Assembly: GCA_963762145.1 (NCBI GenBank)
Contig: CAVXJS010000008.1
Span: 64,001-128,000 of the forward strand
Source: an uncultured Candidatus Rokubacteria bacterium
Lineage (GTDB): Bacteria > Methylomirabilota > Methylomirabilia > Rokubacteriales > CSP1-6
Length of the DNA stretch: 64,000 nucleotides
Direction of reading: 5' to 3'
In this document: positions 1 to 10,576 of the stretch, in pieces
Numbering within the stretch: the stretch's first letter is position 1
Layout of the letters: each line of letters begins with the position of its first letter
Translations under genes and position numbers: made by a program
The notes under the pieces: model-generated
The model's input: the letters and a program-made list of their open reading frames with translations, nothing else
Databases searched by the model: none
What the model was told of the DNA's origin: nothing

Positions 1-213
1 CCCCGACCTGCACGACGACATCCGGCGGCTGTTGACGCCTTCGGGCCGCAGCGGACGTTCTGGGGGACCGACCTCACGCGCATGCCGTGCACCTACTACG
101 AGTGCATCACGCTCTTCACCCAGCACCTGCCGTGGCTCAAGGGCGAGGACCTGGAGTAGGTGATGGGGCGCGGCGTCTGCGAGTGGCTCGGCTGGCCGCT
201 CGCGCGCGCCTGA
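1..213 (+). CDS. Amidohydrolase family protein, C-terminal fragment (in-frame TAG at 157-159)
   Basis: Manual translation: FGPQRTFWGTDLTRMPCTYYECITLFTQHLPWLKGEDLE*VMGRGVCEWLGWP. The FWGTD motif fits amidohydrolase_2. TGA at 211-213; the 5' end lies outside the window. Confidence 0.7.
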
Positions 214-224
214 GGCCGGGCGCG

Positions 225-1258
225 ATGCGATTCGGCCTCTTCTTCCAGGCGCCGGAGCCGGCCGGCGAGACGCACGCCCAGCGCTTCACCGAGATGCTCG
301 ACCTGTCGCGCTCGCCGACTCGCTCGGCTTCGACGTGGCCTGGCTCGCCGAGATCCACTTCGGCGGCGCGTTCTCGCTCCTCTCCACCCCGCTCATGGCG
401 GTGCCCGTGATCGCCCAGCGCACCCGGCGCATCCGGGTCGGCACCGCGGTGACGCTGCTGCCGCTGCACCACCCGCTGACTGCGCGGAGCAGGCGGCGAC
501 CGCCGACATCCTCTCGGGCGGGCGCCTCGAGTTCGGGGTGGGCCGCGGCTCCATCCCCACCCAGTTCCACGGCTTCCGGATCCCGTCTCGAGAACCGCGC
601 GCGCTTCGACGAGGCCTCGACATCATCCGCCTGGCGTGGACGAAGGACCGCTTCAGCTACCGCGGGGCGTTCTGGGAGATCGACAACCTCTCGGTCGTGC
701 CCAGGCCGCTCCAGCAGCCGCACCCGCCCATCCGGGTCGCCGTGCACACGAGGAGAGCTTCGCCCACATCGCGGACCGGGGCTGCCGATCTACTCGGGCA
801 CGACGACCACGCCGCTGCCGCAGCTCCGGGAATGCATGGCGGTCTACCGGAGGCGGCTCGCCGCCGCCGGGCACACCTGGCGCGACGACCAGATGGCGCT
901 GATGTTCCCGATGCACGTGGGGGCCACCGGCGGCGCCGCGCGCGACGCCATGCGGCCGGCGTGCTCCAGTACTACCGGAACATCCAGGCGATCTTCTCGG
1001 CTCCCGACTCCTCGCCGATCACCTGCCCCGCCTAAGACGTCCGAGGAGACCATCGCCAACCTGCCCTACGAGAAGTTCTGCCGCGACCAGGCGTCTTCGG
1101 CGAGCCGCGGAGGTGGTCGACCGCCTGCAGGCGGCGCGGGACGAGTTCGGGCTCTCCCAGATCATCGGCTGGTTCGACCAGGGGTCGCGCTCCCGCGCGG
1201 GGAGGTCGAGCGCACCATGCGCCGCTTCGCCGAGCAGGTGATGCCGAAGCTCGGCTGA
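225..1258 (+). CDS. LLM-class flavin-dependent oxidoreductase (several frameshifts)
   Basis: MRFGLFFQ...WLAEIHF...RIRVGTAVTLLPLHHPL...GRLEFGVGRG...PRPLQQPHPPI...RRFAEQVMPKLG spread over three frames. Confidence 0.8.
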
Positions 1259-1259
1259 T

Positions 1260-1294
1260 CCCTCTCCCCTTCGGGAGAGGGCAGGGAGAGGGGG
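1260..1294 (+). repeat. REP-like palindrome copy 1 (CCCTCTCCC-loop-GGGAGAGGG + CAGGGAGAGGGG tail)
   Basis: 9-bp stem between convergent stop codons; same family as 6594, 8814, 12129, 38707. Confidence 0.8.
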
Positions 1295-2439
1295 CTACCG
1301 GCTGCCGGGGGTGACGCGGAGGAGGCGTCCGTTGCTGTCGTCGGTCAGCAGGTAGAGCGAGCCGTCCGGGCCCTGCGCGCACGTCGCGGATCCGCGCGCC
1401 GACGCTCCGCCAGGTAGCGCTCCTCGCCGCGCCACGCGGCCGTTCGTCGATCCGCAGCCGCACGAGCGCGCCCGGGCTGAGCGAGCCGACGAAGAGGTCG
1501 CCCTTCCAGTCGGCGAACGCGTCGCCCGTGTAGAACGTGGCGCCGGACGGGGCGATCACCGGATCCCAGTAGTACACGGGCTGCTCCATGCCCGCCTTCG
1601 CGGTGCCATCGCCGATACGCGCGCCCGAGTAGTCCACGCCGTAGGTGATGACCGGCCAGCCGTAGTTCTTCCCCGGCTGCGGGTTGTTGAGCTCGTCGCC
1701 GCCGCGCGCGCCGTGCTCGACCGTCCACAACTCGCCGCGTCGCGGTCGAGCGCCGCCGCCTGGACAGTTGCGGTGGCCGAGCGACCAGATCTCGGGCAGC
1801 GCGCCGGCGCGGCCCACGAACGGATTGTCGCGGGGCGCCGAGCCGTCCGGCGTTGATGCGCACGATCTTGCCGAGCGTGGTCGAGAGATCCTGCGCGCGC
1901 TCGCGCTGGGCGTAGCGGTCGCCGAGCGTGACGAAGAGCGTGCCGTCGCGCGCGGAAGACCAGGCGCGAGCCCCAGTGATTGGGCCCCTCCACCTTGGGC
2001 TGCTGGCGCCAGATCACCTGGGTGCCCTCGAGCCCGCGCTCGCCGAGCCGCCCGCGCGCCACCGCGGTGCCCGCGCCGCCCTGGCCCGGCTCCGAGAACG
2101 AGAGGTAGACGAGCTGGTCCTGCGCGAAGCCGGGGCTGAGCGCCACGTCGAGCAGCCCGCCCTGCCCGCGCGCGTAGACCTCGGGCACGCCGGTGAGCGG
2201 CTCGGAGAGCTGCCCGCCCGCGCTCACGATGCGCAGGCGCCCCGGCCGCTCGGTCACGAGGAAGCGCCCGTCGGGCAGGAGCTCCACGCCCCAGGGATGG
2301 TCGAGCCCGCGCGCGACGTCGGTGACCGTCGCGGCCAGCTTGACCGCGGCCGGCGTCGGCGAGCGCAGCGCCTCCTGCGCCAGCGCGGGCAGGACGAGGA
2401 GCGCGAGCGCCGTCAGGACGACCGCGAGCCGGGAGCGCA

Positions 2440-2440
<1 letters not shown>
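1295..2440 (-). CDS. PQQ-dependent sugar (glucose/sorbosone) dehydrogenase, YliI-like (frameshifted)
   Basis: Signal peptide; LDHPWG...LVTERPGRLR; GQGGLLDVALSP; HWGSRLVF; EIWSLGHRN; EHGARGGDELN; NYGWPVITYG; IAPSGATFYTG. Confidence 0.85.
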
Positions 2441-3646
<1,206 letters not shown>

Positions 3647-3668
3647 TGAGTGCTTCCCTCCCGCGCCC

Positions 3669-3687
3669 ATCATACATCTGCTATCTT
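3669..3687. promoter_or_regulatory. Candidate back-to-back -10 elements for the P450 and the TPP-enzyme operon
   Basis: Minus-strand TATGAT (3669-3674) and plus-strand TG-C-TATCTT (3679-3687) in the 79-bp divergent gap. Confidence 0.4.
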
Positions 3688-3725
3688 CTCGGCAACCCCT
3701 CACCGACAGCAGGAAAGGACAGGCC

Positions 3726-5373
3726 ATGGCCACGATCACGGGATCGGAAGTGCTGGCGCAGGCGCTCAAGTCGCAGGGCGTGGACACGATGTTCTATCTG
3801 ATGGGCGGCCCGATGCTCGAGACCGAGGCGGCCTGCATCAAGCTCGGCATCCGCGCGATCGACACGCGCCACGAGCAGGCGGCGGCGATGGCGGCGCACG
3901 CCTGGACGCGCGTGACGCGGCGGCCCGGCGTGGCCATGGGCTGCTCGGGTCCCGGCGCCATCAACCTGGTCACCGGCGTGGCGAACGCCTTGACCGACTG
4001 CGCGCCGCTGGTCGCCATCGGCGGCTCGAGCCCGCGCGTGTTCCTCGGCATGGAGGCCTTCCAGGAGATCGACCAGGTCGCCCTGATGAAGCCCATCACC
4101 AAGTGGGCGGAGCGCATCTACGACGCCAGGCGCATTCCCGAGGTGGTCGACACCGCGTTCCGCCAGGCGACCAGCGGCCGGCCCGGCCCCGTGTACCTCG
4201 ACCTGCCCGGCGACGTCCTGGGCGAGAAGATCGAGGAGGAGCAGCTCCACTACCCCGGCCCCTGGCGCCCGGCGCCGCGCAGCCTCGGCGACCCGAACGC
4301 GGTGCGCGAGGCCATCGCGCTGCTGGCCAAGGCGGAGCGCCCGCTGGTCATCGCCGGCAGCGGCGTGTGGTGGTCGGACGGCGCGGCCGCGTTCCAGGCC
4401 TTCGTCGAGGCCACCGGCATCCCGTTCTACACGACGCCGATCTCGCGCGGCATCGTGCCGGAGGATCACGCGCTCGCGTTCCTGAACGCGCGCAGCAAGG
4501 CCTTCACCGAGGCCGACGTGGTGCTGGCGGTCGGCACGCGGTTCAACTAGGTGATCCAGTTCGGCCGGCCGCCGCGCTTCGCGGCCGACCTCAAGGTGAT
4601 CCAGGTCGACATCAACCCGACCGAGCTCGGCCACAACCGCCCGGTCGACGTGCCCATCGCGGGCGACGCGCGCGCGGTGCTCGAGCAGCTCCGCGCGGAG
4701 GCCAAGGGCAAGATCGACGCCCAAGCGCTACGCGGCCTGGACCGGCAAGCTCCGCACGCTCGACGCGGAGAAAGGCGCCGAGCTGGACAAGGCGATGTGC
4801 CGCGACGAGACGCCGATCCACCCGCTGCGGCTCTGCAAGGAGGTGCGCGACTTCATGCGGCGCGACGCCATCCTGGTCGTCGACGGCCAGGAGATCCTGA
4901 ACTTCGGCCGCCAGTCCATCCCGACCTTCGTGCCGGGCCACCGGCTGAACTCGGGCGCGTTCGGCACCATGGGCGTGGGCCTGCCCTTCGGCATCGGCGC
5001 GAAGGTGGCCAAGCCCGACGCGCAGGTGGTGGTGCTGCACGGCGACGGCTCGTACGGCATCAATGCCATGGAGATCGACACGGCGGTGCGGCACAAGATC
5101 CCGGTGCTGGTGGTGATCAGCAACAACGGCGGCTGGACCGCGGACGCCCCGTGGACCAGGCCCCTGCCCAAGCCCGGACGCAACCTCGGCTACACCCGCT
5201 ACGACCGCGTCGCCATGGAGCTGGGCGCGCACGGCGAGTTCGTGGAGAAGCCGCACGACATCCGCCCGGCGCTCGAGCGCGCGTTCGCCTCGGGCAAGCC
5301 GGCGGTGGTCAACGTCATCACCGATTCCAAGGCGCGCGCGACGACCGTGCGGTTCTCGGCGTACACGACATAG
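3726..5373 (+). CDS. TPP-dependent enzyme, oxalyl-CoA decarboxylase/2-hydroxyacyl-CoA lyase-like (in-frame TAG 4548-4550, frameshift ~4725)
   Basis: RHEQAAAMAA, GRPGPVYLDLP, GTRFN*VIQFG, HRLNSGAFGTMGVG, GDGSYG...NNGG TPP motif. Confidence 0.85.
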
Positions 5374-5388
5374 CGGAGGCCCTCGACC

Positions 5389-6586
5389 ATGGCCAAGGCC
5401 CTCGACGGGATTCGCGTCCTCGACCTGACCCAGTACGAAGCGGGACCGAGCTGCACCCAGATGCTGGCGTGGCTCGGGGCGGAGGTCATCAAGATCGAGC
5501 CGCCCACCGGCGAGCCCGGCCGCACCGCGCTGTCCGACAAGCGGGGCGAGGACGCGTGGTTCTTCCTGCTGCTCAACTCGTGCAAGAAGGGCGTCACCCT
5601 CAACCTGAAGTCCGAGCGCGGCCGCGCGATGTTCCTCGACCTGGTCAAGACCGCCGACGTGGTGGTCGAGAACATGGGCCCGGGCGCGATGGATCGCCTC
5701 GGCCTCGGCTGGGAGGCGCTCCACGCGCTCAACCCGCGGCTGATCGCGGCCTCGGTGAAGGGCTTCGGCGGCGGCGGGCCTTACGCCGACTACAAGAGCT
5801 TCGAGTGGATCGCGCAGGCCATGGCCGGCGCCATGAGCATGACCGGCTCGCCCGACGGCCCGCCCACCAAGGCCATCGGGGGTCTGGCCGACACCGGCGC
5901 GGGCCTGCACTACCGCGATCGGCATCCTGGCCGCCATCATCCAGCGCCAGGCCACCGGGGTGGGCCAGCAGGTCGAGGTTGCCCAGCAGGAGTCGGTGGT
6001 GAACCTCCTCCGCATCCACCTGCGCGAGAGCTACGCCACCGGCAAGCCGGCGCCGCGCCAGGGCAACCGCTCGGCGGCCGCCGCGCCGTCGAACATCTAC
6101 CGCTGCCAGCCCGGCGGGCCCAACGACTACGTGTTCATCCACTGCGCCACCGTGGACATGTGGAGGGCGCTGACCCGGATCGTCGGGCGGCCCGAGATGG
6201 GCGACGACCCGCGCTACCACGACCGGCGCGACCGCGTGCAGATCGTCGACGAGATCGACGCGATGATCGAGGCGTGGACCGAGAAGCGTACCAAGCTCGA
6301 GGTGATGGAGATCATGGCCGGCGCCGGCGTGCCGTGCGGCGCGGTGCTCGACTCCACCGAGATCCTGGCCGACCCGCACATGCGCAAGCGCCGCTTCATC
6401 GTCGATCTCGAGCACCCGCGCCGCGGCCCCTACCCGATGCCGGGCAACCCGGTGCGCCTCTCCGACTCCCCCACCGAGGTCGGCCGCTCGCCGCTCCTGG
6501 GCGAGCACAACGCCGACGTCTACGGCCGCCTGCTCGGCTACAAGCCCGAAGACGTCGACCAGCTGAAGCGCGACGGCATCATCTAA
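5389..6586 (+). CDS. Family III CoA-transferase, formyl-CoA transferase-like (frameshift ~5912)
   Basis: [33 protein letters not shown], catalytic [24 protein letters not shown]. Confidence 0.88.
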
Positions 6587-6593
6587 CATATCT

Positions 6594-6628
6594 CCCTCTC
6601 CCCTCTGGGGAGAGGGCAGGGTGAGGGG
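6594..6628 (+). repeat. REP-like palindrome copy 2
   Basis: CCCTCTCCCC-TCT-GGGGAGAGGG-CAGGGTGAGGGG just after the stop codon. Confidence 0.8.
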
Positions 6629-6676
6629 CCAGAAGGTGAGGGCCTGCAGGATGAGGCGGCCCGTCAGGAGAGCAAG

Positions 6677-7612
6677 ATGAGCGACAACCACGCCGTAGTC
6701 GTCGATCCCGCAACCTCCGGCCGCCTGGTTCTCCGCCCGGTCCCCGACCCGACGCCCGACCGTGACGAAGCGATCGTCCGGGTGCGCGCGATCTCCCTGA
6801 ACCGCGGGGAGGTGCGCCGCTCGACCATGGCCGCCGCCGGCTGGCGCCCCGGCTGGGACCTGGCCGGCCACGTGGAGCGCGCGGCGGCCGACGGCAGCGG
6901 GCCCCAGGTCGGCGCGCGCGTGGTCGGGCTGCTGGCGGAAGGCGCCTGGGCCGAGCGCGTGGCCGTGCCCACCCACGCGCTCGCCGAGCTGCCCGAGAAG
7001 GTCACGTTCTCGCAGGCCGCCACCTTCCCGGTGGCCGGCCTCACCGCGCTGCACGCGCTCGGCAAGAACGGGCCGCTCCTCGCCCGTCGCGTGCTGGTGA
7101 CCGGCGCAACCGGTGGCGTCGGCGACTTCGCGGTGCAGCTCGCGCGCCTGGGCGGCGCGCACGTGACGGCCAGCGCCCGCCGCGCCGATCAGGTCCCCGC
7201 GCTGCGCCAGCTCGGCGCGCACGAGGTGACGGTGGGCGACGAGATCCCATCCTCGCCCAAGTACGATCTGATCGTCGAGTCGGTGGGCGGCCGCACCCTC
7301 GGCACCGCCCTCGCGGCGCTCCAGCGCGGCGGGGTCTGCGTCACCCTCGGCGTCTCCGCCTCCGCCGACGTCACCTTCGATGCCCGCACGTTCTTCGCCA
7401 CCGGCCGCACCACGCTCTACGGGCTCTATCTCTTCAGCGAGCTCGGCGCCGAGCCCGCGTCGGTCGGCCTGCGCCGCCTCGCCGACCTGGTGGCCGCGGG
7501 CCAGCTCGCGCCGCACATCAGCGTGGAGCGGCCCTGGACCGAGATCGCTCAGGTGGCGGCGGACCTGATCGCGCGCAAGTACCCGGGCAAGGCCGTCCTC
7601 ACGCTCGGCTGA
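6677..7612 (+). CDS. MDR-family (quinone-oxidoreductase-like) dehydrogenase
   Basis: VRAISLNRGE, PGWDLAG, VLVTGATGGVG; no Zn-Cys ligands. Confidence 0.85.
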   Translation: MSDNHAVVVDPATSGRLVLRPVPDPTPDRDEAIVRVRAISLNRGEVRRSTMAAAGWRPGWDLAGHVERAAADGSGPQVGARVVGLLAEGAWAERVAVPTHALAELPEKVTFSQAATFPVAGLTALHALGKNGPLLARRVLVTGATGGVGDFAVQLARLGGAHVTASARRADQVPALRQLGAHEVTVGDEIPSSPKYDLIVESVGGRTLGTALAALQRGGVCVTLGVSASADVTFDARTFFATGRTTLYGLYLFSELGAEPASVGLRRLADLVAAGQLAPHISVERPWTEIAQVAADLIARKYPGKAVLTLG

Positions 7613-7616
7613 GCCC

Positions 7617-8810
7617 GTGCCCAGACTCGACCGGCTGCCTCAGCTCAACCGGAACAACCTGCTGATGCTGCCGGTCCAGGTGAACGACACCGTCCCGTTC
7701 ACGACGCTCTCGAAGCCGCTGGCGGCCTGCCGGGTCGCGATCGTCACGACCGCGGGGCTCCACCGGCGCGACGACCGGCCATTCGGGCCCGGCGAGCAGA
7801 CCTACCGCGTGATCCCGGCCGATACGCCGCTCGCGGAGATCGTCCAGAGCCACACGAGCCTGGGCTTCGACCGCGTCCCGCAGATGCTCGACCCGAACAT
7901 CTCGTTCCCGGTGGACCGCCTGCGCGAGCTGATCGCGCGGGGCGAGCTGGGCGGGACGGCCCCGCATCACTACTCGTTCATGGGCGCGCAGCGGGATCTC
8001 AAGCGCATCCAGGAGGAGACCGGGCCCGAGGTGGGCCGCAAGCTCCGCGATGCGGGCGTGGAGGTGGCCCTCGTCACTCCCACCTGACCCTTCTGCACGC
8101 ACACCGGAGGTGTGCTGGCCCGCGCGCTCGAGAGCGAAGGCATCGCCACGACGTCCATCAGCATGGTGCGCGAGCACACCCAGAAGCTGAAGCCGCCGCG
8201 CGCGCTGTTCGTGCCGTTCCCCTTCGGTCACGCCCTGGGCCGGCCGAACGATCCGGATCTCCAGCACCGTGTGCTGCGCGCCGCGCTGGACCTGCTCGCC
8301 GAGCCGGCCGGCCCGGTGCTCTGCGACTTCTCCGACGACGCCGAGCCCGGCGATCAGCCGCCCGCGCCCGCCCAGGCCTCCGGCATCGCGGCCGCGGCCG
8401 ACGTGCCGGACGATCCCGCGCTCGAGACCGCGCAGATGCGCCAGTACCACGAGCAGTGGCTGGCCCGGAGCGGCGGGCGCACCGCCTTCGGGCTCTCCGG
8501 CGTCCCGGCCACCCGTTTCCGCGGTGTGGTGCGCTTCCTCCAGGCCTTCGCGGAGGGCGAGGACACCGACATGGAGGAGCGCCCGGCCACGGTCCCGCTG
8601 CCGGGCTTCATCCGCTACTGCGCGGACGACTGGAAGGCGCTCTACTTCGAGGCGCGCCTCGCGATGAAGCCGGGCGTCACCGGCGACGAGGTCGCGCGAT
8701 GGTTCTGGAGCGAGACGGCGGCGGGCCAGGTGCTGCGGCGCGTGGGCAAGCGGCTGGAGGCCTCGGAAGACGCGCGCTGGAAGGCGGCCGCGTTCGGGGT
8801 GGCGCGGTAG
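7617..8810 (+). CDS. PrdB/GrdB-like selenoprotein (Sec at TGA 8085-8087) with C-terminal extension, 397 aa
   Basis: ORFs 7617-8087 and 8112-8810 share a frame and are separated only by TGA. Read-through gives VALVTPT-U-PFC-THTGGVLARALESEGIAT...PPRALFVPFPFG. The N-half has the PrdB-type motifs RVAIVTTAGLH, NISFPVDRLREL and SFMG. Confidence 0.85.
8088..8115 (+). promoter_or_regulatory. Putative bacterial SECIS hairpin
   Basis: GCACACC(8099-8105)-GGA-GGTGTGC(8109-8115): 7-bp stem with a G-containing loop 18 nt after the UGA. Confidence 0.7.
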
Positions 8811-8813
8811 GCT

Positions 8814-8848
8814 CCCCTCACCCTGCCCTCTCCCCGGAGGGGAGAGGG
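8814..8848 (-). repeat. REP-like palindrome copy 3 (reverse orientation)
   Basis: CCCCTCACCCTG-CCCTCTCCCC-GGA-GGGGAGAGGG between convergent genes. Confidence 0.8.
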
Positions 8849-8865
8849 AGAGGGCGGGAAGGGTG

Positions 8866-10473
8866 CTACTCGGCCAGCCACACCGTGTCGAGCTGGCAGT
8901 TCAGGAAGTGGCTCGGGGTGATCGTCCAGCCGCGCACCTTGGACAGATGCGGCACGATGCGGTTCCACTGGAACGTCATGATGAAGTGCACTTCCTCGTC
9001 GTAGAGCCGCTTCTCGAAGGCGCGCAGAACCTTCTTCCGCTCCTCCGGGTCGGTGGCGCGCGACTGCCGCACGTAGAGATCGTCCATCACCGTGTCCTTG
9101 TGGCGACTGAAGTTGACCGGTGACGTGCTCATGAACCAGTGCAGATCCATGTCGGGCTCGACGATGGAGTTGCACGGGGCGTTGGTCGACACCTCGAAGT
9201 CGCCGCTCTTCTGCACCGACAGCCACGCCGCCGACTCCAGGCTCACCTGCTTGACGTTGAGGCCGACCTGGCGCCACTGGTCGATCAGCCAGATGCCGAC
9301 CGGCTCGTAGGGCATCGGCACCGCGCGGTTGGTCAGCGTGAAGGACAGGCCCTCCTGGCCGGCCTCCTTCAGCAGCCGCCGCGCCTCCGCGCGCGCGGCG
9401 TTGATGTCGGTGCCGTAGCCGGCCAGCTTCTTGAGCTCCTCGGGCGGCGTCGCCCACGGGGTGCCGGGCACCTGGATCCCCGCCACGTCCTTCACCACCG
9501 CGATCTTGGAGAGCGCGGCCGAGCCCGCGTAGCGATCCAGCGCCAGGCTGAGCGCGCGGCGCACGCGCTTGTCCTGGAACGGCTTCTTCTCCTGGTTCAT
9601 CGCCACCTGGATCGAGCAGTTCCACGGGCTCTCCTGCACCGTGATCTTGTTACCGAGGGCCTGCACGAGCGAGTCCCGCTGCGAGGGGCTGAAGCCGCGG
9701 AACTGGACCATGGCCCGCTCGCCGCGGATGGCCGCCACCTGGGCCCCCGCGTCCTGGATGAAGATCGCGCGGTAGCCGTCCAGATACGGCTTGCCCTTGT
9801 CCCAGTAGTCGGGGTTCTTCTTGCCCACCCAGTGCGAGCCGCGCACGTACTCGACGAACTTGAAGGGGCCGGTACCGTTGATGTTCTTCTCGTGCCAGCG
9901 CGGGTCCTTGGCGAGGAGCTCGGCCCGGTAGATGTAGTTCCACGGCGACGAGACGTTGGCGATGAACGACGCCTCCGGCGCCTTCAGCCGGAACACCACC
10001 GTGTCCGGGTTCGGCGCCTCGACCGACTCCACGCCCCGGTAGGCGGCCTGCCGGCTCGAGACCACGCCCTGGGGCGGGAAGATGATGTGGTCGTAGGAGG
10101 CCTTCACGTCGGCCGAGGTCATCAGCGCGCCGTCGTGGAACTTCACGCCCCGGCGCAGCTTGAAGGTGTAGACGCGCTTGTCCGGCGACACGGTCCACGA
10201 CTCCGCGAGGTCGCCGATGAACTTGGTGCCGGTCCGGTCGGTGGGATCGACCCGCATCAAGGTGTTGTAGTGCGGCCCGGTGGGGTGGAGCATCGCGAAG
10301 GTCTCTTCGCGGTGGCCGTCGAAGCTCGGCGGCTCGGCCGCGACCACGAAGACCAGCTCACCACCCGAGCGCGGCTGCTCCTGGGCGACGGCCGGCGCGG
10401 GGGCGCCGAGCGAGAGGGCGAGAACGAGACAGCCGAGGATCGCCAGTGATCGCGAGAACGGGATCATGTCCAC
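8866..10473 (-). CDS. ABC transporter substrate-binding protein, family 5 (peptide/nickel)
   Basis: Signal peptide; GDLAESWTVSPD, FKLRRGVKFHDG, GTGPFKF, KKNPDYW. Confidence 0.9.
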   Translation of the reverse strand: MDMIPFSRSLAILGCLVLALSLGAPAPAVAQEQPRSGGELVFVVAAEPPSFDGHREETFAMLHPTGPHYNTLMRVDPTDRTGTKFIGDLAESWTVSPDKRVYTFKLRRGVKFHDGALMTSADVKASYDHIIFPPQGVVSSRQAAYRGVESVEAPNPDTVVFRLKAPEASFIANVSSPWNYIYRAELLAKDPRWHEKNINGTGPFKFVEYVRGSHWVGKKNPDYWDKGKPYLDGYRAIFIQDAGAQVAAIRGERAMVQFRGFSPSQRDSLVQALGNKITVQESPWNCSIQVAMNQEKKPFQDKRVRRALSLALDRYAGSAALSKIAVVKDVAGIQVPGTPWATPPEELKKLAGYGTDINAARAEARRLLKEAGQEGLSFTLTNRAVPMPYEPVGIWLIDQWRQVGLNVKQVSLESAAWLSVQKSGDFEVSTNAPCNSIVEPDMDLHWFMSTSPVNFSRHKDTVMDDLYVRQSRATDPEERKKVLRAFEKRLYDEEVHFIMTFQWNRIVPHLSKVRGWTITPSHFLNCQLDTVWLAE

Positions 10474-10576
10474 CTCCGGTGGTGGGTCGGATAAGGGTCG
10501 AGGGCGAGTCTACCAGATGCGGCCCGTGGTAGTCTCTTGGCCGTCCCACTCTCGGTGAGATGGCAGGAGGCGCCCT

